Source of the DNA: Paragordius varius
Lineage: Eukaryota > Animalia > Nematomorpha
Reading direction: 5' to 3'
Assembly: GCA_964247055.1 (NCBI GenBank)
Contig: OZ176050.1
Location: 4,092,001 to 4,156,000, forward strand
DNA: 64,000 bases
The stretch's first letter is position 1; each line of letters begins with the position of its first letter. Below the pieces are notes generated by a model. It saw only the letters and a program-made list of their open reading frames with translations, was not told where the DNA came from and ran no database searches. The position numbers were made by a program, and so were the translations under genes. This document shows, in pieces, positions 1-14,580 of the stretch.

Positions 1-426
1 TTTTTGAGAGGGTTAATTTCTACTTAGAGGCTAATTAAAAAACGCTGGGAATTTGTATTTTTGCAGAAAATGACTAGAAATATTTGCATATGGTCTCATA
101 TCTTGATTAATAGGCTTCGACTACGTTAATTTTATGTACTGATGTGTTGTATAAAAATTCCCTATTTGGAACCTTTATTTGAAAAGTGAGGCATCTGAAA
201 TGTAAATATCAGATTTTATATAAATTATACATTTAAATATTGTTGTATTCTGTTAAGGTTTTTTGGATAGATACTCTGTAATAAAGTACTATATAATTTT
301 TTCCTAAAAAATTACATGAAAATAATTAAGAGTGCACCTTTATAAAAACCTGACACAAACTAAGGCTAGATATTAAAAATTGAGGACTTGGTGTATGGTA
401 AAATAATTGTTTATAGAAAATGATAA

Positions 427-735
427 TATACCATTTACAATTCAAATTCACCTTTGAACAAGTCAAATTCATCCTCGAACAATTCAAATTCACCCTAAAA
501 ATAAAGTGTTTTCAGGCTAATATAACTCATTATTAATAAGAAATATATTATAATGGCATAGTTTATTTTTGTCAGTATTATATCAATTTTAGACGTTACT
601 TCATTTTTTAAAAATATAAAAAAATATAGGTAATTTTTAATCTTAAAAAACACATAATTTAGTTTAGAGTAAATTTGAATTGTTCAAGAATGACTTTGAC
701 TTGTTTAAGGGTGAATTATAACTGGAAATGGTATA
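427..735. mobile_element. MITE of the TATACCATTT-ended group (subfamily i, 21-bp GAACAATTCAAATTCACCCTC subterminal repeats)
   Basis: Starts TATACCATTTACAATTCA and ends ...ACTGGAAATGGTATA (inverted termini). Near-identical ends and internal sequence at 47898-48243; partial copy at 24596-24820. Confidence 0.8.
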
Positions 736-791
736 CTTTAAAAAAACTAACAACCAAAGTTAGATAGATAATGGTTTTTTTAATATAAAAG

Positions 792-963
792 TAGGGGTGT
801 CCAACACACGCAGCCAGGAAGAAATTTTAAATACTATAAATTTTATGAAATCTAAGTAAAATTTATTTTCTTTATTTGTTAATGCTCATATATTTGTAAA
901 TGTGACCCGCCGGATTTTTTGATCCAACAAGGCGGTTCGAGAAGCCATTTGTGTTCACAACCT
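792..963. mobile_element. Short hAT-like MITE remnant (TAGGGGTGTCCAAC terminus)
   Basis: Left end TAGGGGTGTCCAAC. Right part GAAGCCATTTGTGTT is shared with the element at 24478-25014. TSD not recognisable. Confidence 0.5.
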
Positions 964-2423
964 CTTTAAATCAACATATCGTAGAATCATTAGTTACTTT
1001 ATTAATATTTAAATGATATTTGTTAATTTATCCCTGAATAACCCAATAAGATATATGGATAAATTAATTTATTGAACAATTAACCTATCATATTATTTTC
1101 AGAATTTAGGGTGTGGTTGTGAGACACGACATATATATGTATATATATAAATATAATTTAAATAATATTATATTATATATATTAATTTTCATAAATAATA
1201 TAATTTTGAATGCCATTTTCATAGGTAGTATAGATTTAAATTAAATATTTTTTATTTGAATTTATAATAAAAACTTTGCAATTGTGTTGTAGTGGATGCA
1301 TGATATAAACAGAATCCGTTTATTTTGAAAAAAGTATTATATGCAATTGATGCAATTTCTTTGCCTTAATTTAAAAATAAATGTAATTTTAAAACAATTA
1401 AAAATCTGTCCACTCAAAATATTTTATAAGGAGGAGAAGGAGTTTAATGGGTGAATTTGAGATCAATAATAATAATATATGAGGAATATTAGTTAATCTT
1501 TTATAGATATATTCTAAAATTTTGTTGAAACAAAATAAGTTAATTACATATATTAAATGTGTATATTATATTGTAGATTAATAAATAAATAATTAATACA
1601 ACATACTTTTGAGTGACATAACGATAATTAAAATATAGATATCCAACTAATAAGTTAATAATTTAGACTTTATACCATAAATAAACTATAAGACTTGTAA
1701 TAATAATACAATAATTAGTTAAGTATTTTAAAGGTGTTTGCAGAGTTGTTTAATTTAATAAGGTTAAGTATTCAGAAAATAATGGACTTTTTAGAAGACT
1801 AATTTACTAAAATTATTAATTAATTCCAAAAAATGATAAAGGTTATAGCATTCATATACATTATTTCATAGGGTTAACTATTAGTAAAAAATTAATATTT
1901 CAAAACAAATAACGATTTTGTTTTAGGAAGTTACATCTAGTGTCCAAAACTACCTATACAAATGTTTTTAAAATGTGAATAAAAAATTTTTTTTTATAAA
2001 TAATTAATGCATTGAAACATGCATGCCATGTTGTGTCTCTGTGTAAGTCAGTGTGGAATACATAGTTCATAACTATGAAATAGTGTCAAATTTTCACTTC
2101 ATTTTGAAATAATTCAACATATTAAAATATATAGTGTTTAGGAACATCAAAATTTAGAAAATATACATAAATAAAAAGGTGGAGAGTGAAAAAACCCTGA
2201 GAGTACTTTTGCGTTAGAAATGTATAATCTGTGGGATTCTGAAGAATCGTAAATAATACATGTGTGGAAAATGATTGGTTTTGGGATTGGTGAATAGATA
2301 ACACTGTCATGTCCCTTTTTAACGAAAAAAACGAATACTTTAAAGTCATATTTTTTGGGTATAATTTTTTTGAATTAGCGCTTAGAATTGTTATTACATT
2401 AACGTTTTAGTAACAGGGTGTGT

Positions 2424-5400
2424 TTAGTTTTCTGTGGTGCTTGTTGGTAATTTGGTTTTTGACATCATGACTTGACAAGTTTTTTTCGTAGGACTACGTA
2501 GACTTTCATCACTGGTGTTACCACATTCATCTAATTCTTCATCTGCAACGTAAATTCAAATACAGCAAAAAATAATGAATGTTTAATATAAACGTACAGT
2601 CTTGATTTTAAATTAGGGTCAAAAAATTCATAGTCTTATTTGATAAACTATAATTAAAAATGGTAACTTATAATTTTTATTGATATATATATATAATATA
2701 ACCAAATTACAGCATAAAATGGAGCATTTCAAAATATTACTTTGAAAATGACTTAAAAAACTAATCGCTAATTAGCCATTATTGGGTGGCAACATTTTAG
2801 TAATTTTTGAAATTAGAACAAGTAAATATAATTATTATTATTAAATTTTGGTTATTGAGTGTTTATAATTATATAGATTATTAAGAAATGATAAAATAAA
2901 CAAAAAATTATTTTTTTATTAAAAAAATTATTTCCGTTACAACAACAAATATCGTCTGTTTTTGATATGATCTCTCGAAAAACATTATGTATTGCAAATC
3001 ACATGATAATAGCTAAAAAGGGATTACACCATTATTTTTTGTCATCTTGAGAAATGCGATTTTTCAAAGCACCAAGATGCCTCAGTTTAAAATTAAATAT
3101 AGTTAGTATTAGTCACAAAAAAGGTAATTTTTGAATTCATATATGGAATATGATACAATAATTGCCCAGTAAACAAACAAATGCCAAATATACTACCTAA
3201 ATTATTTTCCGAACTAAATCCGGATGAGCTGGTGGAGGAAAGTACCTCTTCTCGTTTGAATCTTGGAGTTGTTGTCAAACCATCATGCAGTTCCCCCTTC
3301 TTCGCGTCTTGATCCACTGTTTGAGCAATGATTTCATGAACATTACCTTCCTTTGTTGTATCGATTGCAACGTTATCATTCTTTTCCGTTTGTTCGGTGC
3401 ATGAATCGATAATTTGTAAATTAAAGACTTTGCTCCCTTCAAAAAAGGATGGCGACAACTTTTCATCGGATTCATAGGCTGATGTGTTTAATGATGAGGT
3501 GGCCGAATTAATGGACAATTGGTCTGAAGATGAAACGTTACTGCTTTCACTATCACTACTTCGCAATTTCTTGCCTAATTGGTACGTTTTATTGGTGTCA
3601 TCTATGTTGTTTAATCATCGATAAGTGAGTAAATTAAAATAAATTTTGAGAACAACATCAAGAATAAAACCACATAAAAATTTGAACCAATTAAAATTAT
3701 TCATTGGACATAAAAATTTAGCAGACGACAAGTATTTAGTGTAAAACTATGGTGCATATTTGATCAGACATATGGATAAACATATTAAATATTTCTAAAC
3801 AATTATTTTTTCTTAATAAAATTATAATAACAAAATTACCATTGATATTCTGCTTGCCTTTAGATACAACCGTTTTACCAATTGTCGCATTTTCATAATC
3901 ATTTGACACTGGCGAACTAACTAGTCTATTAGGTTTTTCTAACACTGTAGTCTCTATTTTGCCTACATTAGTGTTGTGGTTGTTTTTTAGAAGCAGAGTA
4001 GGTGTACGATTAGCTAAAAGACTTATCATTGGGGAACACGAACCATTATTATTAATACCCATACCATGGCCATTATTATTATTGTTTATAATAATTTTTT
4101 TGTTTAGTAACATGTTTGTTGCAGTGGAAATCCCTCCAGGAAACAAGAAAGAAGTTGCATTGTTGTGGTTATTAGAATTGTTAAAATTGCTGGCAAGTAA
4201 GGATTGAGACGACTGAACACCGTATAATCCATTAATTGTTGGATTAGCGTTAACATTAATATTATTACGATTCGTTCCAACAGAGTTTTGGTGAACAGAC
4301 AAAACTGAGCTAGGATGTTTAATGATTTTGATGTTGCTGGTACCCGTTGAAATACCACTAATAAATAAGGAAAAAAGGGTAAATAAATAATATAATTAAA
4401 TCATAGTTTCGGGATTTTTTATATATTATTGTAGAAAATAAATTATAAAGACGGAATATACAAAGGTAAAGTTTAACCATATTTTTAATACGTGATTTCT
4501 AATTAACTTTTATGAATACCATTGTCAAATATAAAATTATATGTTTTTTAAATTTTTTTTTATTTTTTTTTAAAATTTTATATTTTTATTCCTCATTTCA
4601 AATTTTTGAATAATTGTACTTGTGCATCTTCTTTAATATTTCATGAAATATAAGCAATTTAAAAACAAAAATTGGTTTTACCTGTTTGAAAAGTTTTGAT
4701 TGCCCCCACCACAACCGTTAAAGCTGACATTAGTATTGTTTAGGCTGAAGCCGTTTACCTTAGTACCCACATCTACATTCGAAATGTTAACGTTGGGAGT
4801 TTGTTGTTCAACTCTATTGAGATGTGTTTTATCATCCAAAGATATGATACCAAGAGCAGCTAGATTCTCTTGTGTAATCAAATTGCTGGGCCGTACATTC
4901 GATGAATTACAACTTTGAAGACTATTATTAATATTATGGTTGATTTTTCCAGTTCTATTGACAATTACATTGTTAAAATTATTATTGTAATTTAGGTGGA
5001 GTTGAGTGTTGGTATTGTTAGGATCCGATGGTACAGTAAAGGATATTGAGTTGATACCTACATGAGATACAATGAATGAGGGAAACGCGGATATAAACAA
5101 TAGTCAATAAAAGAATCTAGTCTTTTTGTTTTGAAAACTTTTTTTGAACCAGAAAAACTGTTTTGAACCAATTAAATAAATTATAAGTTTATTAAGGTGT
5201 TTAAAGGCGTATACCATCAAGAGATCCAGGAGAATGTTCTAGTACTAAATTGGCTAAACTTTGACGAAGCAATTTTTGTTCTTGATACAACTTTTCTTTC
5301 CGAGCAGCTAAGATACGTGCAGTTTCTTCAAGGTGCTAAAAAATAAAATGAAAAAAAATTATATGATGTTATCCAAAGTTAAGTAGCTTGATACAGGAAA

Positions 5401-8400
5401 TAATTAAATTTTTCATTGATATTTGATATTAGCAAGTAAAAGTCCCAAATTGAACCTATGATCAAATCAAATATTGACTTATAAAGCATATACATTACAT
5501 TAAGTAATATTGGTGAAATAGAATATAAATTGGTGTTTAAAGAAAAAATCATCGTTTTATCATCATATTTATATACCCCAAATAAAAACGCTGTTAACTG
5601 ATATAAAAAATAAATATTTCCCGATAAAATAGCATAATTATATCTATTATACTCTTGAAAATGTAACACCCACCTTTATATGATATTTTGCTTTATTAAG
5701 TAATCCAAGCGTCGTATGCCTATAAGTATTTGCATCTAATGGGACTAGATCTTTCAACCCATTCAGACAGTTACGTAAATAAGCTCGTCTAGATATGTAT
5801 AAAATTACAGAAAAATTAAATAAATATATGCTTAATTATTAAATGCATTATTATTATTATATAATATCACTAACTATTATTTAAAAAGGATTAAAATACC
5901 CACCTGCACTTTTCCAGTTCATTGTGCGATGACCTAAAATGTATAAATAAATAGATATGTAGTTTAGTAACAATACAATAAAAATAAATGAATGATACTT
6001 TGTAATGTAATGAAAAAAATGTTTAATTATACTTTTTTAAAAATTTAATAGCTTTCAAACCATATTTGTAAATAATAATGATCATTAACCTTCTGTCTAT
6101 TCACAGAATAAATAAAATCAATGGCACTAATCATAATTTAATATACAATGCTAAAAATAAGTATGAAACAGATGGTGTCACAAAAAAAGACACGTGGCTC
6201 TAAATTGGTAAATGTAATTTAATATTATTACATAATATATATCTACAATGTGAAATATGATTAAAACATTTAAGAAGTTGCTTTTAAGTGATAATTCTTA
6301 AATTACATATTTTTAACCGAATTTGTAAAACATACCCATTTTTAATATTTAAAAATATTTTTATTTCATAAATTTTAAACAGTCCTCATTTTTCAAGGTT
6401 TCTATAATGGCCGAAAAAAACTAATAAAGTCATGGTCAGTTTATTCAAAATTTTTTATATTAACACTGACATCAAAATTATGTATATTAAATTTTATTGA
6501 CTTTGTCAAACAACTTAAAAATGTTATTATTAATATTAATGACGTAGGTTTTGACATTCGACGAAAAAAAGACATACTTAAAAAACAAAAGCATTATTTG
6601 TCAAGAGTAAATTTATTATGTAAAATTACATAACAAAACTATATTTGAAAGGCCACTTTCATTCACTTAAGTATTGTTGACAAATTTGTCGATTATTATT
6701 TTTTATATCTATAAACATATTCCAATTAATTGTTAGATATATTAGGTAGTTTTACATAAAATTAATAAATATTTTTCATATATCCTAAAAGGATATTAGA
6801 AAAAATGGTATAAAAACCTAACTGAACCTATTGCTAAAAAATGTATCCGCAACCTCAGACTATGATACAATCAAAGATAGAATATTCGTAATGCAAGAAC
6901 TCTGATTCCAGTCGAAATGGGAATTTTAAAATAAACGAAATATATAAAATATCATTTCAAATATACTTACTATTAACTTTGTTAACACTTAATATACTTA
7001 TAGTCAAATTTGATGAAAAGGTGTTTAATATGGATAGTAATCACGATGAAATAATTTAAATATTAACAAAGAATATTTTTTTGCGTTTATATATTTGAGC
7101 GTGATTGTCCTCACAACAAAGATAAAGGTATTAAACCGTATCTACTTTTTAGATAAGTTATTGCCTGGAGAAAAAATAAATATCAACCTTTAACTGGTTT
7201 TTTACTCGTTATATGCTTTAATTCAATAAAAATTGGAATAAATCTGCATTTCGTAAAAATACCAAAATATAAAAGTTTATTTAAAAAAACATGCTATTCA
7301 CGACCGCCAAACATGGTTCGATAAAAAAAGCAAATTATTTATAAATTTTCTTAACATGTAATCATAAAACGTTTTTTAACCCAAAAATGGAAATCTATAT
7401 ATATTATATGTATTTACCCATCCATCAAAATAAATTAACCCTGACCCATTTCAAGCCCTTCTAAATCAAATAAATAAAAAGGAAAATGTGTAGTATACGC
7501 CATAAAACACACAGGTGTAAATGTTTATGAACATTTAATTGTAATAAAAAATACATTTAATATTTTTCAAAATTTGAACATAGTTTATTTATAATTTCTT
7601 TATTTCATTGCGCGCGCACGTGATTGATAAACACATGGACTTTAGGCTATCGTTTGGTAGTCATTTAAATTGTCAAAAAAGTTATACTGAATAATTTTAG
7701 ATGCTAATTTTGATGAAATTCAAAAAAATATTGTTCGCAAAGCTCCTATTATACTAAACCTAATAAAATATGAAATAAAGATTATAAAATGCGGTATTTT
7801 CATTTAAATCGAGTTTAAACAAAACAATTCATCATAAATAATCATTAAAACATAATTACTTAAATCAAGATTTATGTAAAAATGGTATCATAAGGCATAT
7901 TCACATAAGAGGTAAAAATATACTATTTTTAACTAAAATTTCCCATCCATTTGTTGCTACGAGGCCCTGTAAATCAAAAACAAAATACTATTTATTATTA
8001 AAGTACTTAAAGACTTTTGATCGAATTAATTTTGATTTATAAACGATGTAATAAAACTATAAAAATAATTTTAAGGTAATTAATAATACTTGAATGTATA
8101 TAAAATATGCCTAATAACATATTTAATTTTAATATATAATATCTAATTTTATGTATTGTAACTAATTAATCATACAGCTAACTTAATACATCATACTTTT
8201 TAGATAATGTAAGTATTCGCTTAAATACCTAGGGTTAAATTTATACAATCTAATGCATTAGTTAAAATCCATATTAGTTAGTATTATAAAATCCATAAAA
8301 ATATGCTGTAAAGGTATAATAATAATAAATTTTGATATCACACCCTAGTGCAAAAATTGATTTGGAACATTTTGATTTTAAACCATTTTTTGTCGTCAAT

Positions 8401-11400
8401 TACACTAAAAGTACACCAATAAAATATAACTTTACATATTATACATTGTCAGATATTCCCTCTATGCCTTACTTAATACACGTAATCCGATTTTATTTTA
8501 CCTAATAATTGCAAAAACAAAGAGGTGTATTTAAACGGAGGTTTTGAACGAAAAAAATTCGAAAATTAGGTTAAAACTGGGAAGAAACAACGGTAAATAT
8601 ATCTAAATAATAAAAAAAATCAAATTTTCAACTGCATATTGTTTTCATTGACGAAAACATTCGAGTCTAGACAAATGACACAACAATGTATGTAAAAAAT
8701 TAAATATCAATATAGGCAGGCAGCAATTTGCGATTAAACAAGTATGTATAATAATAAAATTATATACAATTTTATAGAAAATGTTGGGAAAAAAACAACT
8801 TGGTTTCATACTGTTTCGCTTGCTATACTTAACTGGTGTATAATTAAAAAGCAAATTAAAAAAAATTTATATTCATCATTTGCCAAAGCATATGGTTAAG
8901 TATATATGTGTTTATACAATTAATTAATTTCAAAAAGTTAACTGCATAGTATTAACCGGTCAAATACATACATAATAATTAATTAAACATACACGCATCA
9001 AAAAGAACGTATAATTGATTTTTGACTAAGCTAAAATCAAACTTAATAGGCAGTTTTTGTTAACGATTGAAAATAAAAAAATACATAAATGATGCATTAT
9101 AAGGTCAATCAATATTATGATTATGTCAGTTGTATTAAAGTACGCTATTTTCATTTAGTAACAAGAAAGTTTAAATAAAGCCAAATATCAACGCCTAAAA
9201 GTTCGCTCGTCAACATTGGTTATATAAAACAACATTTAGCCAAACTTATTTATGCAAAAAATAAGTACCTATTTTCACTAAATAAAATACAACAAAGCAT
9301 TCACGGATTTCAAATTAAAATTTATTTATAAATAATTAATTACCATATATATGCTAAAACTTTAGTTTCAAGTATATTTTAGACATCTTAAATCTCATAC
9401 ATAATTAATTAAAAAATCGTAGAAAAGATTAGGAGAACAAGTGACAATTTGACATATACAGACAGGAACGTGAAATAATTTTAACTCCCAACATTTTGTC
9501 AATGATGATCGCTAGTTCATTAACCATGCAAATTAAAAAAAATATGGTATAAATTACCCAGTAATGCCTTTAAATTTTTGAACTTTTTTCACTTTAGATT
9601 CATTTGAGTATAACAATTTATATGCATTATTATTAAAATTGTCAATTCATACCATCTAACCTATCATTAAATAAACATATGTATTAACAGGTAAATGATA
9701 GTATAAAAGGTAAAACAGAATGCAGAACACATATCGAAAAAATGAGGCACAAAATCAGCACCAGTCTCATTATTATATGTTTGCTTTTAAGAGGAAAATA
9801 ATGATATATTATATGCTTCCATATAGATAAGTTCAAAATATACAGGTATATCTATATTTAGACAATATTTAAGATTTTATCCTATACTTAGTATATTTCC
9901 TGAACTAGATATATATGTAATTTGAATATATGCATTACTTAAGCAAGACAATATTCAATATGCACAAAAGTAAGGGATTAGAGTTTGCTTTGTTTTCAAA
10001 AAATATCTTGTTTAAAATCGGCATTAAACGATTTTAGACTTTGTATTATATTATATGCACATGGTATACATATGTCGGCAAAAATTATGAAAATTTGATA
10101 AGTGTATGAGTGTGTAATGTTAAAAATAGGTTAATCTATAACCAAAATTGTTTTTTATTTTTGTATTTGGTATGGTCTATGTTGAAAGAAGAAATTACGG
10201 TGAATATGAAAAAAGAGAGAGACGACAGGTAAAAAATCAAACATAATTAAAAAAAATTTTATGGAATCGAATCATTCATTAACAATACAAAATTTAATGA
10301 AGCATGTGCACGCAATATTATTCAAAAAAACACGTGGAATTTTTTTATTTTACCTTTTCAATATATCAAATGTGCAAGCAAGCATGCCTAAAATTTATAT
10401 TTTTGCGTATGCTATTACCGAAAATATTTTTTCAATGCAATTATTTTCGTCTCCAAAATCATTTTATATATATATGTACCATTGTTTCTTATGTCAAATA
10501 AAAACAACTAGATAATTACAAGCTATAAATCTAACTACCTATCATCGTAATATTGTCAAATCAACTATATATATCTTTAAAAGTTCACATTTTAAGTGTA
10601 TCGCACGCAGTATAGTATATTTTTTTACATAAATATTCATTATACCGTCGTGATTTGGCTAAAATATTGTTAAAATATATATCAGTGTGAGAAAATATTG
10701 TATAAAATACGCGCGCACTCTTAAATATTTAAAATTAATTATAAAATACAAGCTGCCAAAACCAATTAAATTTTTATAAATTAAAATAGATTAACTATAT
10801 ATAGATCGTTACATCAGAAAAAATAATTGTGACAAACGTGATGCAAAATTTTGATTTAAAAATATTTTTTTAAAATTGTGTTTGTGATCAACTATCTCAT
10901 GACAATCGTTATGATGTAAAAAATGAGTGTATTTGCATGTGATACTTGGAGATAAGATTAGCTAGTGAGAGGTTTTTATAATGTATAATTTCGATTCCCT
11001 ATTTTTAGTTGTAAAATATCCAAAAAAATTATCTTAAGATAAGGTGTGAGACTGACTTCAGGAGCTAATTTTATGTATAAACGCAGCAAAAAATAAAATT
11101 TTAAAATATAGCTTTAATGTATGATAGAGACGTGATCAGAAGATCATATGTTGATCATTTGTAAAAAATAAATTTTCAAAACAATGCTACTAAAATGTGA
11201 CCATTGCTTCAAAAATATAAAAATAATTTGTTTGATTTATTAATATATATCATTAAGATGAAGCCAACATAAAAAGTATGGCGAAATTTGAAGATTTTTT
11301 AATAATAGGGTCCCAAATTTTATATTGCACAAGGGCCCATATTTTACAAAAATAAAATTTTTTGATAATTTTAAAGAAAAAAATAGATAATTTGATTTTT

Positions 11401-13171
11401 CATTAATTGTGATTACCCTTTTACAACCAATTATATGATAGTATATAAATAGCTATATATTTAGCCCCCATCAATTAATTATGCAAAATCAAAATTTTTA
11501 TCCGCCAATACCCGTTATTTTGCAAAAATTATGTTTATAAAAATCACAATCAATCTCATGGTTTGTTGGCAAATTTGATATCAATTCTTTTATGTTTTTT
11601 AATTAATTTAAGCAACATTGTATCAAAGAAGAAAAAAGTTAAAAATACATTGTTTTTGGCATACATATACATGCGTGCGTGTGTGTGTGCGCGCATGTCA
11701 AAAGAGAGGGCGGGGAAAAAGCATGTTACATCATTTTATTTACATAAAAATTCTCATTACTTTTTATTCCATTTCATAATCTCTATAATTATAATATACA
11801 TAAATAAAATCCACCATTTCCCATTAAACGCGCTAAATAAACACAGCTCTTAGCCACATTTATACTATTTAATAAAATGTGATTGGTGGCAAAATTATTA
11901 TGTAATAATGTATACTACTATCTGATGAAATCTAACAAGCATAAATAGTAAGCAGCATGGAACACCACGCAATGCCATAAAAAATTGGCGGAAAACTATA
12001 CACTTTTATCCACACACACATATATTTCCCTCTTTGTCTCATCTCCCCTTCTGTGTGTTGTTTTCAACATTTAATATTTTCATAAAATTTAAAAAAAATA
12101 GATTTATAAATGTATCAATATACAATATAATATTAATATGTGTATACAAGATAGGATTAAAACAAAAAGGTGTATGTATAAATACTATTATATATGTATA
12201 GGGCAGGTAAAATCTGTCCACAATGTAAAAAAGGGAAACTCAGAATTATTATACTAGAGAGAAATAAACAAACAAAAAAACATGTGAAATGACCACATTG
12301 TCTGTTATGAATTTATTTAAAACGTGATTAACAAATTCACATTGGTGAAAAATTTTATGAACTTTAACCCAAAATATTGTGAACAAAAGTGTGTGGGCCG
12401 CATATTGTTCATAAATTTTTTGACTTATAATGGTTCATTAATTAATAATAAAAGAAAAAGTCATAAAAATATTGGTGGCAACATATTTTTTTGTTTTATT
12501 CATGCTTAATCATACAAAAAAATGATAAAATTGTATATTTTATACACTTTTGATGTAGTTTTTGCAAAGGGGTGTAGGGGAAGGAGAGTAAGGGGAAAAT
12601 ATTAAAAAATATGAAAGATAAAGAAAACGCAAAGATAAAAAATGGAAAAAAAATCTATTTATAACCACAAAAACAAACAATTAGACATTAGCGGCGTTTT
12701 TAGTAAGCCGTGATATCCAAAAATAGAAGGGAGGGAGGGGGGTATATTAAAAAAGCATGTTAGTCATTATAATAAACATAGCCTTAAAAGTAAAAAACAT
12801 TAGCTAAGTCAAGTCAAGAGTTAATTTTTATAAGATTGAATATAAGCCTAATATGAATTTAAGGGTAGTATAGTTGAAAACAAGTTATTTACAGTTACAA
12901 TAAATAGAAATACCGTTTTCCATTTAACTTTTTAGAGTGCTTGTTCTCATCTTGACCGGCATTGCTGGATGAATCGTGATCCAAATCATCGTCAAACATG
13001 ACGGAAGCATATCCATGTTCGGCATCTAAAGAGCCCATAAAAAATTCATAGTGAAATATTTTATGCATAACTTTACAAAATTTAGCAAAAAACTATCAAA
13101 CAAACTAATAAGGTACCCTTTTCCCGTTTGTCCAAATATTCGGCAGCTTGTAGTAAAATTTCCAGACTCAT
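2424..13171 (-). CDS. MXD: Mad/Mxi (MXD family) bHLH-leucine zipper transcriptional repressor, about 607 aa, 9 exons
   Basis: Exons (minus): 13171-13117, 13025-12914, 5933-5904, 5788-5674, 5335-5215, 5057-4682, 4357-3840, 3574-3197, 2542-2424. All introns are GT-AG and phases are consistent (1824 nt). Translation gives the Sin3-interaction domain [18 protein letters not shown], the Mad/Mxi signature AEHGYAS, the b[52 protein letters not shown], then a heptad zipper. Family-level call only. Confidence 0.93.
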
Positions 13172-14580
13172 ATGTGTAACAAAAAGATAATTTTGATATT
13201 CCGATACAATAAAAATGAGATTTGGTGTAATAATAAAAGCAGCAGAGACGGGTCAAACTAATTCTAATTTTTTTGGGTAGTGAAGTAATCCAGTGTAATG
13301 AATATAAAAAGGCACGAAAAAGGGGCTATTTAAACTAAACTAGTGTCTAAAACAAAAGAGAACGCAAAATGTTATTATTGAGGTTATCAGGTGGTGTTGG
13401 TATAATTTGCTGTTGTATAGATTTTTTTTCAAAAATCAAGGTCCATTGAAAATATTATATTTTACATGTTTGTGTTGTTGAATGTTTGTATTTATATAGT
13501 TATGCTTTCTCGAAATTTTTTTAGCTAGCTCTCTATAATCAATAATTTCGGCGTAGATAAATGATAATAATAAAATATAATAGGAATAATGAAAAAAACG
13601 GCGTAATTACAATGAGAAGCGACGAACAATTTTTTGTGCGACAATGTGCGTCGTATTTAAAAATAATTTTATCAAATTTAGATCAATAAAATTTCAAATT
13701 ATTTCGTTGTAAACTGATGAAATCACGTTACATTTATTAATCATTTTCTTCAATATTAATAATATAATATAAAAAATTTAGAAGTTGTTTTTATAAAAAA
13801 ATGTTTTTATGAAAAAACATGCTTTGTTTTCTTTTTTAACGATAATATCTATAATAATAAAAACCACACTATTGTTTATTAGTTATGTTATTTATTTTTT
13901 AAAAACGCATCATACTGTAAATATGATAAATTTGAAGATGTACATAAATTAAAAATTAATTTAAATTTCTATTTATTATTATATATATAATTTAAATTTA
14001 ACCATAAAAAGTGTGCTTTTAAACAATTTCAGAACAACCTTAGTATACTATTTTCAAACTCTGCAGAGATGATGAAATTATCATATACTGAAAAATACCT
14101 AATATGCATACAATGGTAAAAATATAAATACATAATACATGTAACGAATATACATGCTTTTTTTCATAACCTAGTAAACAACGCGTGTTACCTTATGAAT
14201 GAATGCGAAATAATGCATTCGATAAAGTTATTTTAAATTAAAAAATTTCAATTTATGATTTATCCTTTTTATAGCAAGTAAAGCAATTAATTTACCAAAA
14301 CTTTGACAAAGCAACAATTTACACCATATTTTATGATTCTTAATCACAATGAATATAAATTTTATGAAAAAATTGGCATAAATGTGATATGAATGTGTTA
14401 CCAATAATTTTTTGATATGATATTGTATAATGCATGCGCAATATTTATACATGATAACAATAAAAATCAATTCAAGGTTAATATATCGATTTTGCATTGT
14501 GCGCGTTCTTACATAAAAATATTAAACACGAGAGAGAAACTTGCAATTATTTTTAATTTGTCGCTATATATTCCACGTGG
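6191..14580. promoter_or_regulatory. Four canonical CACGTG E-boxes around the Mad/Mxi gene (6191, 7617, 10331 in intron 2; CCACGTGG at 14573 upstream)
   Basis: Motifs read directly from the sequence. Function is inferred only. Confidence 0.45.
11659..11715. promoter_or_regulatory. 40-nt alternating purine-pyrimidine tract followed by a GC box (GGGCGGGG)
   Basis: GCATACATATACATGCGTGCGTGTGTGTGTGCGCGCATGT at 11659-11698, then GGGCGGGG at 11708-11715, inside Mad intron 2. Confidence 0.35.

Noticed and set aside
930-950. GGTTCGA motif resembling a tRNA T-loop
   Set aside because: No cloverleaf; it is part of a hAT-like MITE end. No tRNA or rRNA was found elsewhere in the window.
3959-4918. Plus-strand and alternative-frame ORFs overlapping Mad, CWC27 and S6K exons (e.g. 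3959-4207, 4700-4918, 19483-19725, 63610-63807)
   Set aside because: Shadow ORFs of real exons with no recognisable domains.
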